A stretch of DNA of 64,000 nt from assembly GCA_021463165.1 (NCBI GenBank), contig JAJTWY010000011.1, positions 4,072 to 68,071 of the forward strand, given 5' to 3'. Below are positions 34,846-44,596 of this stretch, piece by piece; position 1 is the first letter of the stretch; every line of letters starts with the position of its first letter. Both the position numbers and the translations under genes were made by a program. The notes under the pieces are model-generated. The model saw only the letters and a list, made by a program, of their open reading frames with translations. It was not told where the DNA came from and did not search any database. The DNA comes from Pyrinomonadaceae bacterium. GTDB taxonomy: Bacteria; Acidobacteriota; Blastocatellia; Pyrinomonadales; Pyrinomonadaceae.

Positions 34846-36162
34846 ATGGTAGAGAAGGGTGTTGAGATCGCTCCCGCGGAAGGGAAGCTTGGGATTTTGC
34901 TGGTCGGCCTGGGAGCCGTGAGCACGACGCTTGTTGCGGGTGTCGAGGCGGTAAAAAGGGGTATTTCGCAGCCGGTTGGAAGTTTGACCCAAATGGGCAC
35001 GATCCGTCTCGGCAAGCGTACTGATAATCGCTCACCGCTCATAAAGGACTTTGTTCCGCTGGCCAGCCTCGACGACATCGTTTTTGGTGCCTGGGATATT
35101 TTTACCGACAGCGCCTACGACGCCGCGATGAATGCCGGCGTTCTGGAAAAGGATCTCCTGAATCAGCTTTCCGAACCGCTCTCGTCGCTCAAGCCGATGG
35201 CGGCCGTCTTCGAGCAGAACTACGTCAAACGTCTTCACGGCGACAACGTCAAGACCGGCAAGAACAAGATGGACCTTGCCGAACAGCTCATTGCGGACAT
35301 CGCTCAGTTCAGATCCGACAATAATTGCGACCGCCTGGTGATGGTCTGGGCCGCCTCGACCGAGATCTACATTGAGGAGGGGCCGATCCACCAGTCGCTC
35401 GACGCGCTTGAGAAAGCGATGTACGACAACGACCCACTTGTTGCTCCGTCGATGATCTATGCTTACGCGGCGATGAAGTCGGGGGTCCCGTTCGCGAACG
35501 GTGCGCCGAACCTGACCGTCGATATCCCGGCGCTGGTCGAACTATCGGCCAAGACCGGTGTCGCGATCTGCGGCAAAGACTTCAAGACGGGCCAGACTTT
35601 GATGAAGACCATCCTTGCACCGGGCCTAAAGTCGCGCATGATCGGCCTGGAGGGCTGGTATTCGACGAACATCCTCGGAAATCGCGACGGTGAGGTGCTC
35701 GACGACCCCGAGAATTTCAAATCGAAGGAGGTCTCGAAGCTGTCGGTTCTCGAACACATCTTCCAGCCGGAAGTGTATCCCGACCTCTACGGCGATTTTT
35801 CGCACGTCGTTCGCATCAACTACTATCCGCCTCGTGGCGACAACAAAGAGGGCTGGGACAACATCGACATCTTCGGCTGGCTCGGCTATAAGATGCAGAT
35901 CAAGATCGATTTCCTTTGCCGTGATTCGATCCTCGCAGCGCCGCTTGCCCTCGACCTTGCTTTATTCATGGATCTCGCTCAGCGGGCGGGGATGAAGGGA
36001 ATTCAGGAATGGCTTTCGTTCTACTTCAAGGCCCCGCAGACGGCACCGGGGCTTTATCCCGAGCACGATATCTTTATCCAGTTGATGAAGCTGAAGAATA
36101 CGCTTCGTCACATGCGAGGCGAAGAACTGATCACCCACCTCGGCCTCGAATACTACGACTGA
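34846..36162 (+). CDS. ino1: inositol-3-phosphate synthase
   Basis: 438 aa. GILLVGLGAVSTTLVAG and the later NGAPN, GKDFKTGQT and SILAAPL blocks match bacterial/archaeal MIPS. Confidence 0.85.
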   Translation: MVEKGVEIAPAEGKLGILLVGLGAVSTTLVAGVEAVKRGISQPVGSLTQMGTIRLGKRTDNRSPLIKDFVPLASLDDIVFGAWDIFTDSAYDAAMNAGVLEKDLLNQLSEPLSSLKPMAAVFEQNYVKRLHGDNVKTGKNKMDLAEQLIADIAQFRSDNNCDRLVMVWAASTEIYIEEGPIHQSLDALEKAMYDNDPLVAPSMIYAYAAMKSGVPFANGAPNLTVDIPALVELSAKTGVAICGKDFKTGQTLMKTILAPGLKSRMIGLEGWYSTNILGNRDGEVLDDPENFKSKEVSKLSVLEHIFQPEVYPDLYGDFSHVVRINYYPPRGDNKEGWDNIDIFGWLGYKMQIKIDFLCRDSILAAPLALDLALFMDLAQRAGMKGIQEWLSFYFKAPQTAPGLYPEHDIFIQLMKLKNTLRHMRGEELITHLGLEYYD

Positions 36163-36509
36163 TCGGTGACTCGGCGGGGTGGCGGCCTTTTGCGTATCGA
36201 AGGCCGTCACCTGCGCCGGCGATATCTGATCTTCTCACCGCAATATTCCTCCCAAAACCGGATTTCTACATACCGGGCGAAAACGGTCTTGCATAATACG
36301 TTTCACCTGTGCTAATGATAAGGATGGCTTGGGCCTTCATACCGGAGCCGCTCGACTGGGTAACCCCCTCATACAACTCAAAGTTCAGCCAACGTTCAAT
36401 CTTTTGAAATCATCATTGTGAACGGCCAGCGTGCCGTCCATTTGATAAGCAAGGAAACCATTGGTCAACCGTACTAATAGCAGGCCGAGACAACCGGCAA
36501 GGTGAGAAG

Positions 36510-37721
36510 ATGAAACAGGAAACGGCAAAGAAAACGGCAGCATCGGAAGCGGGAATTCTGCTCGACCCTGATCGCAAGAGTCCGCGGGCGGCAGAATTCG
36601 AGGAAAAATTGTCGGCCCGGATCGTCGGACAGGAACGTGCAGTTCGGCGTATGAGCGGCCTTTTCCAGATATACCTGGCAGGGATGAACAATCCGTCGCG
36701 GCCGATCGGGACTATGCTGTTCCTTGGCCCTACGGGTTCGGGGAAGACGAGAGTTGTCGAGGCCGCCTCGGAGGTGCTTTTCAACGATGCCTATTCGGTC
36801 GTGAAGATCGATTGTGCCGAGTTTCAGCATTCGCATGAGATAGCCAAGTTGATCGGGTCGCCTCCGGGGTATCTCGGCCACCGCGAGACCTCGCCGATGC
36901 TGACCCAGGAAAATCTCGATAAGGCCCATACGGATGATACAAAATTGACCTTTGTCCTGTTCGATGAGATCGAGAAGGCGTCTGATTCGCTTTGGCAGCT
37001 GCTGCTCGGCATTCTCGACAAGGCGACACTCACGCTAGGCGACAACCGAAGGGTGGATTTTTCGCGTACGATCGTTATCATGACGTCGAATCTCGGAGCC
37101 CGCGAAATGTCTGACATGATCTCGGGCGGCATCGGCTTCAGCCCGACGAAGACCGACCAGGCCAAAGAAGACAACGAGATCGACACAAAGATCTATCGCA
37201 CCGCGCTCGAAGCAGCGAAACGCAAATTCTCGCCCGAGTTCATGAACCGCATCGATAAGGTAGTCGTCTTCAGGAGCCTGAAGGAACATCACCTGCGGCA
37301 GATACTCGATATCGAGCTCAAAACGGTCCAGGACAGAATTACCGAATCGGCCGGGACGAAGTTCATCTTCGAATGCAGCAACGAAGCGAAGGAATTCCTC
37401 TTGAGCGAGGGCATCGATCTTAAGTACGGCGCCCGGCATCTGAAGCGGTCCGTTGAGCGATTTCTCGTCTATCCGCTATCAAATCTTGTTGCCACCGAAC
37501 AGGTCGCAACCGGCGACTATGTGCTGGTTGATTTTGATGCAGATCGCGATCAGCTTAAGTTTACGAAGCAGTCGGGAAAGATGATAATCGCCGACGCGGC
37601 AGACGAAAAAGCTGACGACAATGAACCCCTGATCAGCGCGGATGCCGTGGGGTTGCCGCTGCCTCAGGCACAGGCGGCAACCGAAATGAGCAAGTCGAAG
37701 GGCGAGAATAACGACAGGTAG
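36510..37721 (+). CDS. stand-alone Clp/Hsp100 D2-type AAA+ ATPase
   Basis: 403 aa. It has IVGQERAV, Walker A GPTGSGKT, Walker B VLFDEIEKA, sensor MTSNLG, FSPEFMNRID, and a ClpB_D2-small-like end (YGARHLKR). There is no N-domain, D1 or M-domain. Confidence 0.8.
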   Translation: MKQETAKKTAASEAGILLDPDRKSPRAAEFEEKLSARIVGQERAVRRMSGLFQIYLAGMNNPSRPIGTMLFLGPTGSGKTRVVEAASEVLFNDAYSVVKIDCAEFQHSHEIAKLIGSPPGYLGHRETSPMLTQENLDKAHTDDTKLTFVLFDEIEKASDSLWQLLLGILDKATLTLGDNRRVDFSRTIVIMTSNLGAREMSDMISGGIGFSPTKTDQAKEDNEIDTKIYRTALEAAKRKFSPEFMNRIDKVVVFRSLKEHHLRQILDIELKTVQDRITESAGTKFIFECSNEAKEFLLSEGIDLKYGARHLKRSVERFLVYPLSNLVATEQVATGDYVLVDFDADRDQLKFTKQSGKMIIADAADEKADDNEPLISADAVGLPLPQAQAATEMSKSKGENNDR

Positions 37722-37764
37722 CTCTTGGTTCGCGCTAAAGTCGGGCTTTGCGGATACCCCGCTT

Positions 37765-39249
37765 CTATTTCGCCCAATCAAGCGAGCGGCTGACCGCTTC
37801 GCGCCAGCGCGCTATCAGTTCGTCAGCAGCGTGAGAAGACATCGACGGTTCAAAGCGCGCGTCGGGTCTCCAATGTTCCGCGATCTCCTGCTGATCATGC
37901 CAAAATCCGGTCGCAAGACCCGCAAGGTAGGCGGCTCCTAACGCCGTTGTTTCGGCAGTTTTCGATCGAACAACCGGGATCTGGAGTATGTCCGCCTGAA
38001 ACTGAAGAAGGGCCTCGTTCCTGGTGGCGCCGCCATCGACCCGGAGTTCCCGAAGCTCATTTTTCCCGTCCGCATTCATCGCCGCAAGCAGTTCGGCGGT
38101 CTGAAAGGCTATCGATTCGACCGCCGCCCGGGCGATGTGCGCATGCCCGGTACCTCGGGTGAGGCCGATGATCAGCCCTCGTGCTTCCTGATTCCAGTAA
38201 GGCGTGCCGAGCCCTGCGAACGCCGGCACGAAATAGACGCCGCCATTGTCACTGACTTGGGCCGCGAGGCTTTCGACATCGGACGAAGATCCAATGATCC
38301 CTAGCGAATCACGAAGCCATTGGATAACAGCCCCGCCGATGAAAACACTTCCCTCGATGGCGTATTCGACCCGACCGCCGATCTTCCATCCGATCGTCGA
38401 AAGCAGGCGGTTCTGCGATCGCACGGGATCCGTACCGGTATTCTGCAGCATGAAACAGCCGGTGCCGTAGGTGTTCTTGGTCGAACCGCTTGAAAAACAA
38501 GCCTGCCCGAACAATGCGGCTTGCTGGTCGCCCGCAATGCCGGCGAGCGAGATGCCTTCCAGCTCCGGCGGGCAGCTGACATCGCAGTATTGCTCAGATG
38601 AACTTCGTATCTCGGGAAGAATGGCCCTCGGTATGCCGAATATATCAAGCAGCTCATCGTCCCACGCCGCGGACGAGATGCTGCAGAGCATAGTGCGCGA
38701 TGCGTTCGACGCGTCGGTGATATGCATTCTGCCGCCCGTCAGCTTCCATGTGAGCCAGGTGTCAACCGTTCCGAACGCAAGCTCGCCGTCAACGGCCCGT
38801 CCCATCGCATCCGGAATGTTATCGAGAAGCCACCTTATCTTGCTCGCGCTGAAATAGGCATCTACTTCGAGCCCCGTCTTCTGGGTAATGATCGTTCCGT
38901 ATTGTTCACGGATCGAATTGCAGAATTCGGAAGTTCGCCGATCCTGCCAGACTATCGCATTGTGGATCGGCCGCCCGGTGGAGCGATCCCAAATGATCGT
39001 CGTTTCCCGTTGATTCGTGATGCCGATCGCATCTATATCCCGGGCTCTGAGGCCCGCCTTGGCGAGAACCTCGATCGCGGTGTCCAACTGCGACTGCCAG
39101 ATCTCTTCGGGATCGTGCTCGACCCACCCCGCTTGCGGAAAGATCTGTCGATATTCCCTCTGGCTGACCGCCACTGCCGTTCCGTCGTGATCGAAAATGA
39201 TCGATCTGCTGCTGGTTGTACCTTGATCAAAGGCGAGTATGTATCTCAT
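37765..39249 (-). CDS. glpK: glycerol kinase
   Basis: The start is [15 protein letters not shown] at 39249. FGGY kinase blocks are present ([20 protein letters not shown]). The upstream extension in the ORF track, to 39522, is non-homologous. Confidence 0.92.
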   Translation of the reverse strand: MRYILAFDQGTTSSRSIIFDHDGTAVAVSQREYRQIFPQAGWVEHDPEEIWQSQLDTAIEVLAKAGLRARDIDAIGITNQRETTIIWDRSTGRPIHNAIVWQDRRTSEFCNSIREQYGTIITQKTGLEVDAYFSASKIRWLLDNIPDAMGRAVDGELAFGTVDTWLTWKLTGGRMHITDASNASRTMLCSISSAAWDDELLDIFGIPRAILPEIRSSSEQYCDVSCPPELEGISLAGIAGDQQAALFGQACFSSGSTKNTYGTGCFMLQNTGTDPVRSQNRLLSTIGWKIGGRVEYAIEGSVFIGGAVIQWLRDSLGIIGSSSDVESLAAQVSDNGGVYFVPAFAGLGTPYWNQEARGLIIGLTRGTGHAHIARAAVESIAFQTAELLAAMNADGKNELRELRVDGGATRNEALLQFQADILQIPVVRSKTAETTALGAAYLAGLATGFWHDQQEIAEHWRPDARFEPSMSSHAADELIARWREAVSRSLDWAK

Positions 39250-39312
39250 AGACAAGCCGAATGGCCTCAATTTCAGGCAAGATAAAAATTGCACATTAGC
39301 ATATGATTGCAA

Positions 39313-39338
39313 AACATATATGCATAACGTAATATGTT
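39313..39338. promoter_or_regulatory. candidate ArsR-type operator in the glpK/arsR divergent spacer
   Basis: The inverted repeat AACATAT-N12-ATATGTT ends 5 nt before the arsR ATG. A second pair, TTGCA-N14-TGCAA, lies just upstream. The region is AT-rich. Confidence 0.35.
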
Positions 39339-39343
39339 GATCG

Positions 39344-39775
39344 ATGGGCGGCCAGTTAGCGTCACTAGAACGATTGTTCCTCGCATTGTCCGACAAGACG
39401 AGACTTCGGCTGCTCGGCTTGATGGCAAACGGGGAAGTCTCCGTCGGCTTCCTCTCGGAACAGACCGGCGAGAGCCAGCCGAAGGTGTCCCGACACCTTG
39501 CGTATCTACGCAATGCCGGCATCGTGGCAACCCGCCGCGACGGTAAGTGGATATATTACTCCATCAGCCCCCCGGATGACCCTCCGTCAGCGAACGTACT
39601 GGCATCTCTGCTAGCGAACCTGAGCGGGGACGCATTCGACCATGCTCCGAAAGTGCGGCCTTACCCGGAAGTTATCGCGTCCTCGTCAACCGAACCGGAG
39701 GCGGATCGAGATCCTGAAGAACCGGCCGAGGTCGAGTTTGAGGATCGGGAAGAGATGGAGGTGTTTCTCCTTTGA
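39344..39775 (+). CDS. ArsR/SmtB family transcriptional regulator with acidic C-terminal tail
   Basis: The wHTH core is [55 protein letters not shown]. Confidence 0.85.
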   Translation: MGGQLASLERLFLALSDKTRLRLLGLMANGEVSVGFLSEQTGESQPKVSRHLAYLRNAGIVATRRDGKWIYYSISPPDDPPSANVLASLLANLSGDAFDHAPKVRPYPEVIASSSTEPEADRDPEEPAEVEFEDREEMEVFLL

Positions 39776-39945
39776 TCCCCTTCGTAGGGGCAATGCCGAC
39801 AGCGGTTACCGCAACAGTAGCCGCGATCAAGCAGGAAGTGCCGTGTGAGCACCATTAGTCCGTCATCAAAATAGAAATCGATCCCTTCGACAAAGGGTTT
39901 GGGTTGCTCGGTCGTATCCCCGGTTGATTCGATATTATCGGGCAT
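39661..39945 (-). CDS. DUF5522-type Cys-rich small protein
   Basis: The conserved core FLLDRGYCCGNRCRHCPY is followed by a roughly 40-aa Ser-rich tail. That tail is antisense to the arsR 3' end. Confidence 0.6.
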   Translation of the reverse strand: MPDNIESTGDTTEQPKPFVEGIDFYFDDGLMVLTRHFLLDRGYCCGNRCRHCPYEGDQRRNTSISSRSSNSTSAGSSGSRSASGSVDEDAITSG

Positions 39946-40675
39946 ATAGTGTCAGGAATTCCTTGTTGCCTTCCGCGCCCAGGATCGGCGATTCGATCAG
40001 GCCTTCGATCTTCAGGCCGAGATCCCGTGCGAACGAATTTATCTCGTCGATCACTCGTTGATGCTTTTCCGGCTCTCTGACGATACCGCCTTTGCCGACC
40101 TCGCCGCGCCCGACCTCGAATTGCGGTTTGATGAGTACGATCAGCTTGCCGGCCGGTTTTAAGAGCGGAATGATCGCAGGGATCACCTTCCTCACCGAAA
40201 TAAAGGAAAGATCCATCACCGCAAGATCGAATTCGTGGCGGAAAAGATCGGGGCGCAGCTCGCGGGCATTGGTGCGCTCGCGTGCCTCAACTCGCGGATC
40301 ATCGCGGAGCGACCAAACCAATTGGTTGGTGCCTGAATCGACGGCGACGACATGACGCGCACCATGCTGCAGAAGACAATCCGTAAAACCACCGGTTGAC
40401 GAGCCGATGTCAATGCAATCCCAGCCGCCGGGATCGATGTGAAACTCTTTCAAGGCCGCCTCCAGTTTCAGGCCGCCGCGGCCGACGTATCTGAGCTCGG
40501 CGGATTCGCCTTTGAGGCGGATGGTCGCGAGCGGGTTCACCATATCAGATGCCTTTTCGATCTTTCGCTCATCGGCGAGAACAACGCCCGCCATGACGAG
40601 GGCCTGCGCCTTTGTCCGCGAATCGGCCAGGCCGCGATCGACCAATAGCTTGTCTATGCGTTCTTTCGGGCTCAC
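39935..40675 (-). CDS. tlyA: TlyA family rRNA (cytidine-2'-O)-methyltransferase
   Basis: 246 aa with an S4-like N-terminus (RIDKLLVDRGLADSRTKAQALV) and the FtsJ-type SAM motif CIDIGSSTGGFTDCLL. Confidence 0.9.
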   Translation of the reverse strand: MSPKERIDKLLVDRGLADSRTKAQALVMAGVVLADERKIEKASDMVNPLATIRLKGESAELRYVGRGGLKLEAALKEFHIDPGGWDCIDIGSSTGGFTDCLLQHGARHVVAVDSGTNQLVWSLRDDPRVEARERTNARELRPDLFRHEFDLAVMDLSFISVRKVIPAIIPLLKPAGKLIVLIKPQFEVGRGEVGKGGIVREPEKHQRVIDEINSFARDLGLKIEGLIESPILGAEGNKEFLTLYAR

Positions 40676-41601
40676 AGATAAAGTTTGAGGCCTCGCGTTG
40701 CGATCCGAAATCCTCGGCGCCGGACCTCGGCGATCTTCGTCGCGACCTTTTGCACCAGCGGATTGCTGTGATTGAAATGAATGAAGTGAACCTTGTTCCT
40801 TTCCTTTAGCGGTAGCGGTGCGAGGAGCTTCATCGTTTCGGAAACAAAAGGATGCGGCACCTCGCTCATCGGCCGGTTGATCTCGCCGTCCGCAAAAAAA
40901 GTTCCATCAAGGAGCAGGAGGTCGTTCGCGCGAACAAGACCGGCCAGGTCAACGTCCCATTTCTCCCACTTGTCGATATCCGGGATGAAGACGAGCGAAC
41001 GCCCAGCCGAACTTATCCGAAAGCCGACGGTTTCGGAGAGTTCGTCGCGATGCGGCACGAGCAGCGGCTCGACCTTAAGGCCTGCCACGAGTGTTACCGG
41101 CTCGTGAGCCGTAAGGGGCATCAGTAAAATGTTCTCAAGATCGACAAGCTGCGACCACGGCGCATTTTCCTCGAGCATCTTCTTCATCCTCGGCATCGCA
41201 TAGACGCGAATGTCGCGGCTTCCCATCGATTCGCGTCCGAGATACATCAGGCCGGTGTAATGGCCGATGTGCGCATGCGTTAGGAAGATGCCGTCGAGGC
41301 GGTTCGATCTGTTACCGGTCGCAGCCTTGACGAGTTCAAATTGTTCGGGAAGGTCAGGGGTCGCGTCGAATATCCAGCGTGAACCCGAGGCCGGATCGAT
41401 AAGGGCGATCGACGAGACCATCTCGCGCTTCGAAGCATCCTTCCAGGCGGCCCTGCAAAACGGCGTCTCGCAGCCCATCTGCGGCACTCCCGCATCCTGG
41501 CCGGTGCCGAGCACGATAACGTATGGCCGCTCGGCGCGTATCAGCGCGACGAAGGCAAGGAGAGCGAAGACGACGTATGAAAACCTGATTTTTTTGACCA
41601 T
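40672..41601 (-). CDS. MBL-fold metallo-hydrolase (PqqB/PhnP-like), secreted
   Basis: 309 aa with a signal peptide. The metal motif is THAHIGHYTGL, and HFNHSNP lies near the C-terminus. Confidence 0.7.
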   Translation of the reverse strand: MVKKIRFSYVVFALLAFVALIRAERPYVIVLGTGQDAGVPQMGCETPFCRAAWKDASKREMVSSIALIDPASGSRWIFDATPDLPEQFELVKAATGNRSNRLDGIFLTHAHIGHYTGLMYLGRESMGSRDIRVYAMPRMKKMLEENAPWSQLVDLENILLMPLTAHEPVTLVAGLKVEPLLVPHRDELSETVGFRISSAGRSLVFIPDIDKWEKWDVDLAGLVRANDLLLLDGTFFADGEINRPMSEVPHPFVSETMKLLAPLPLKERNKVHFIHFNHSNPLVQKVATKIAEVRRRGFRIATRGLKLYL

Positions 41602-41625
41602 TGTGAAAGTGATATTCTAAGCCCG

Positions 41626-42597
41626 ATGACCTTGGAAAGAAAGCTGTCCGGATTCGCCAAATATGCATGGTTCGTTCTCATTTACAACATGCTTGTAGTG
41701 CTTTGGGGCGTTTTCCTGCGAGCGTCTAAGTCAGGAGACGGCTGTGGCCAGTTCTGGCTGACCTGCCAGGGCGAGGTCCTGCCATCGGCGCCGCAGTTCA
41801 AGACCGTGATCGAGTTTACACACCGGATCATGAGCGCGGCCGACGGGGTCATTATGCTCGTACTTCTCGGCTGGGCATTTGCGATCTGGCGCGCCGAACG
41901 GTCGGAACGCTCGGCCAGCGTGCTCAAGACGGCAGGTGCCGCATTCTTCTTCGTCCTAACCGAAGGAGCCGTCGGCGCCGGACTGGTGCTCACGGGAAAT
42001 ACGGCGGAAACACTGACCGCGGCCCGGCCCTTCTGGATGGGAGCGCATTTGATCAACACGTATATTTTGCTCGCGTTTCTTGCCTTGACAGCAAGGGCCG
42101 CCGCCGGGGGAAAACTGTTCAAACTGCGTGTTTCCGCGAAGTATCAGACCGCTGTCGCGGCAGGGATCCTTGCGATATTGATCGTCAGCATCACCGGATC
42201 GATCGCGGCATTATCGAATATGATCTTTCCGTCGGGAACCTTGTCCGAATCCATCGCGAAGGACTTTTCCGAGACGTCGCACATCCTTCTTCGCCTCAGG
42301 CTCCTCCATCCGGTCACCGCGGTCCTTTCGGGCGTGTTCATTGTCTTTCTGACCGGCTGGATGGCGAAAGAGCGTTTTGGGGATACCGACGTTTCATGGT
42401 GGTCGAATGTGATCGCCTTGCTCATTTTGATCCAGATCGCATTCGGGGCGATGACGCTGCTGATGCTTGGCCCGATCGTAATGCAGTTGGGGCATCTCTT
42501 GCTCGCAGATGCCGTTTGGATCAGCTTTGTGATGTTCGCGGCGAGCTTCCTCGCGTCGGATGCCCGGCCAAAGCCCATCGAGGAGAGGCTTACCTAA
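41626..42597 (+). CDS. ctaA: COX15/CtaA family heme A synthase
   Basis: 323 aa with about 8 TM segments. Conserved His residues occur in EFTHR and HP/HL contexts. Confidence 0.75.
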   Translation: MTLERKLSGFAKYAWFVLIYNMLVVLWGVFLRASKSGDGCGQFWLTCQGEVLPSAPQFKTVIEFTHRIMSAADGVIMLVLLGWAFAIWRAERSERSASVLKTAGAAFFFVLTEGAVGAGLVLTGNTAETLTAARPFWMGAHLINTYILLAFLALTARAAAGGKLFKLRVSAKYQTAVAAGILAILIVSITGSIAALSNMIFPSGTLSESIAKDFSETSHILLRLRLLHPVTAVLSGVFIVFLTGWMAKERFGDTDVSWWSNVIALLILIQIAFGAMTLLMLGPIVMQLGHLLLADAVWISFVMFAASFLASDARPKPIEERLT

Positions 42598-43300
42598 GCT
42601 CTCTCGACCAAGCGGCACCCTTATTAACAAGTGCGTCGAGAGAATGCTGCAACTCGGCGGTTGCGGTATCGAGGTCGCGGTCCTCGGCATCGGGCGAAAC
42701 GAAAATTGGCTCGCCAAAGAACACTTTTGCCCGTGAAAACGGGATCGGGATCTGCAATCTATCCCACGTTCCAAGTGAGCGGAACGATGATGTTTCGAGC
42801 GCGAACGGAACGATCGGGCAACCTGTCCTCTTGGCCAGCAGGGCGGGGCCGGGTTTGACCTGATATCTCGGCCCCTTCGGCCCGTCGATGGTAAAGGCGG
42901 ACGGCACGCCGCTCTTCATCATTCTTATCATTTCTACGAGTGCTCGCGTTCCGCCTCGCGTCGAAGAGCCCTTGATAACACCAAATCCCAGGCGCTGAAT
43001 ACATCTGGCCGTATATTCAGCGTCGAAACTGATCGATGACATTACAACGATGCCGCGGTTTCGAAAAAAATAGGTCGAAGCGAAAATGCGATCGTGCCAG
43101 AAACACAAGATCGGCGGCTTGTATTCGTCGTCGCGGCTCGACATCGGGTCGATACCATCGGCTTCGAATCGCAAAGTCATTCCGATCATCTTGACGAGGG
43201 CGTAAAACACCCAACCTCCGACCCGCACGAGCAAGCGCTGCTTCATCGTGTACTGATCGATCGGCAGAAACTCGTAAACTTTGTCGATCTGGCCCGCCAT
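42590..43300 (-). CDS. DUF374 lysophospholipid acyltransferase-like protein
   Basis: 236 aa. The FWHDRIF and SSTRGGTRAL blocks are typical of DUF374. Confidence 0.7.
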   Translation of the reverse strand: MAGQIDKVYEFLPIDQYTMKQRLLVRVGGWVFYALVKMIGMTLRFEADGIDPMSSRDDEYKPPILCFWHDRIFASTYFFRNRGIVVMSSISFDAEYTARCIQRLGFGVIKGSSTRGGTRALVEMIRMMKSGVPSAFTIDGPKGPRYQVKPGPALLAKRTGCPIVPFALETSSFRSLGTWDRLQIPIPFSRAKVFFGEPIFVSPDAEDRDLDTATAELQHSLDALVNKGAAWSRELR

Positions 43301-43382
43301 CGCTAGAAAATAACTACCAACTTAAGTTATTATTTGCAACAACAGCACCTTGTAGTTCGTAATCCTGTTGCTCTCCTTGCCT

Positions 43383-44183
43383 ATGCATCGAAAGATCCTG
43401 ATCATCGACGACCACGACGACCTCGCCACAGCTCTCGAAGAGGTATTCGTTCATGTGGGCCACAATGTCGAGATATTGGAAACGCGAGCCGACGCACTCA
43501 AAAGACAACTGGATTCATATGATCTCGTCATTACGGATCTGGATGTTCATCCCGAAACGGTCGAGCTTTTGAATTCCAACGGGAACGGCCCGGTCTGTTT
43601 ACCGTGTGTTCCCACCGAAAGGTTCGGTGAACACGTCAAGGCGTTCAAGATATGCGCGGCGAATTTTCGCCGGGATGAGTTTGACGAGAACGAGCTAAAA
43701 GATATGGTCGCGACGATCCTGGATTACAAGATCCGTTTTGTTGACAAAAAAGAGATTGTCGCCGATATGCACGAGAACATCGAGTTCGAGTTGCCCAGCG
43801 CGATCTCGCTGATGCATATCGTGCTCGAATACCTGATGAAGCGTGTTGAAAAGCTTGGCGTCATCAAACCCGAGCAGTCGAACCTCTTTGTCGCGCTCGA
43901 CGAGGCTTTCGTCAACGCCGTCAAGCACGGCAACAAGTACGACGCCCAAAAACTGGTGCGTATAACGGCCGAGGTCTCGAAACAGGAAGCAAAATTTACC
44001 ATCGAGGACGAGGGCGAAGGCTTTGATGTGAAAAACATCCCCGACCCGCTCGACCCCGAAAACCTCTTCAAAACCTCAGGCCGCGGCGTGCTCTTTATCT
44101 ACAACATCATGGACGAAGTTGTTTACAACGACCGCGGGAACCGGCTCACGATGGTAAAGAAGGCCGTTGAACCAGCCGAGTAA
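43383..44183 (+). CDS. fusion of a degenerate receiver (REC) domain and an RsbW/SpoIIAB-type HATPase (anti-sigma Ser kinase-like)
   Basis: The N-terminus has KILIIDDHDD...DLVITDLDV. The C-terminus has the N-box NAVKHGN, G1 EDEGEGFD and G2 SGRGV. Confidence 0.65.
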   Translation: MHRKILIIDDHDDLATALEEVFVHVGHNVEILETRADALKRQLDSYDLVITDLDVHPETVELLNSNGNGPVCLPCVPTERFGEHVKAFKICAANFRRDEFDENELKDMVATILDYKIRFVDKKEIVADMHENIEFELPSAISLMHIVLEYLMKRVEKLGVIKPEQSNLFVALDEAFVNAVKHGNKYDAQKLVRITAEVSKQEAKFTIEDEGEGFDVKNIPDPLDPENLFKTSGRGVLFIYNIMDEVVYNDRGNRLTMVKKAVEPAE

Positions 44184-44271
44184 TTGTTCTAAAACCTCTA
44201 AGGCGGACCTCATTCTAGTAGGGAGATTTTTGTGCGCTTGTCCGCTGCTTATTTTAACACGCCAATGTGTG

Positions 44272-44302
44272 TTGCAAGTGTCACAAGTATGGTAATATGA
44301 CA
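44272..44302 (+). promoter_or_regulatory. candidate vapBC promoter/operator
   Basis: TTGCAA (44272) and TAATAT (44293) are separated by a short 15-nt spacer. The inverted repeat TGTCA-N14-TGACA (44279-44302) overlaps the -10 element. Confidence 0.3.
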
Positions 44303-44323
44303 TTCAGCGAGGAGTATGTCAAT

Positions 44324-44596
44324 ATGAGAAGAGCGGTGAAAACGGGCGGTGGAATTGTCAGAACCAAAGTAACGCAAGGCGGGCGGATCGTCATACCAGC
44401 CGAGATGCGACGACGCTTGGGGATCGAGATCGGTTCGGATGTGAACCTGACACTTGATGGTGATTCCGTCCGAATTCTGACACAGAAGGAGTCAATACGA
44501 ATGGCGCAGGCATTGTTTCGAAAAATGGTGCCTGAAGGCGTTTCGCTTGTTGACGAGCTAATCGCCGACCGGCGTCGTGAGGCGGCTAATGAGTGA
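44324..44596 (+). CDS. vapB: AbrB/MazE/SpoVT-type antitoxin (VapB-like)
   Basis: The SpoVT-AbrB swapped-hairpin signature is KVTQGGRIVIPAEMRRRLGIEIGSDV. GAGGAG lies upstream of the ATG at 44324. The 3' end overlaps the vapC start by 8 nt. Confidence 0.75.
   Translation: MRRAVKTGGGIVRTKVTQGGRIVIPAEMRRRLGIEIGSDVNLTLDGDSVRILTQKESIRMAQALFRKMVPEGVSLVDELIADRRREAANE

Noticed and set aside
39250-39522. A 91-aa N-terminal extension of glpK in the ORF track crosses the arsR promoter and start.
   Set aside because: GlpK homology begins exactly at [15 protein letters not shown] (39249). The extension is antisense to arsR and has no homology signal.
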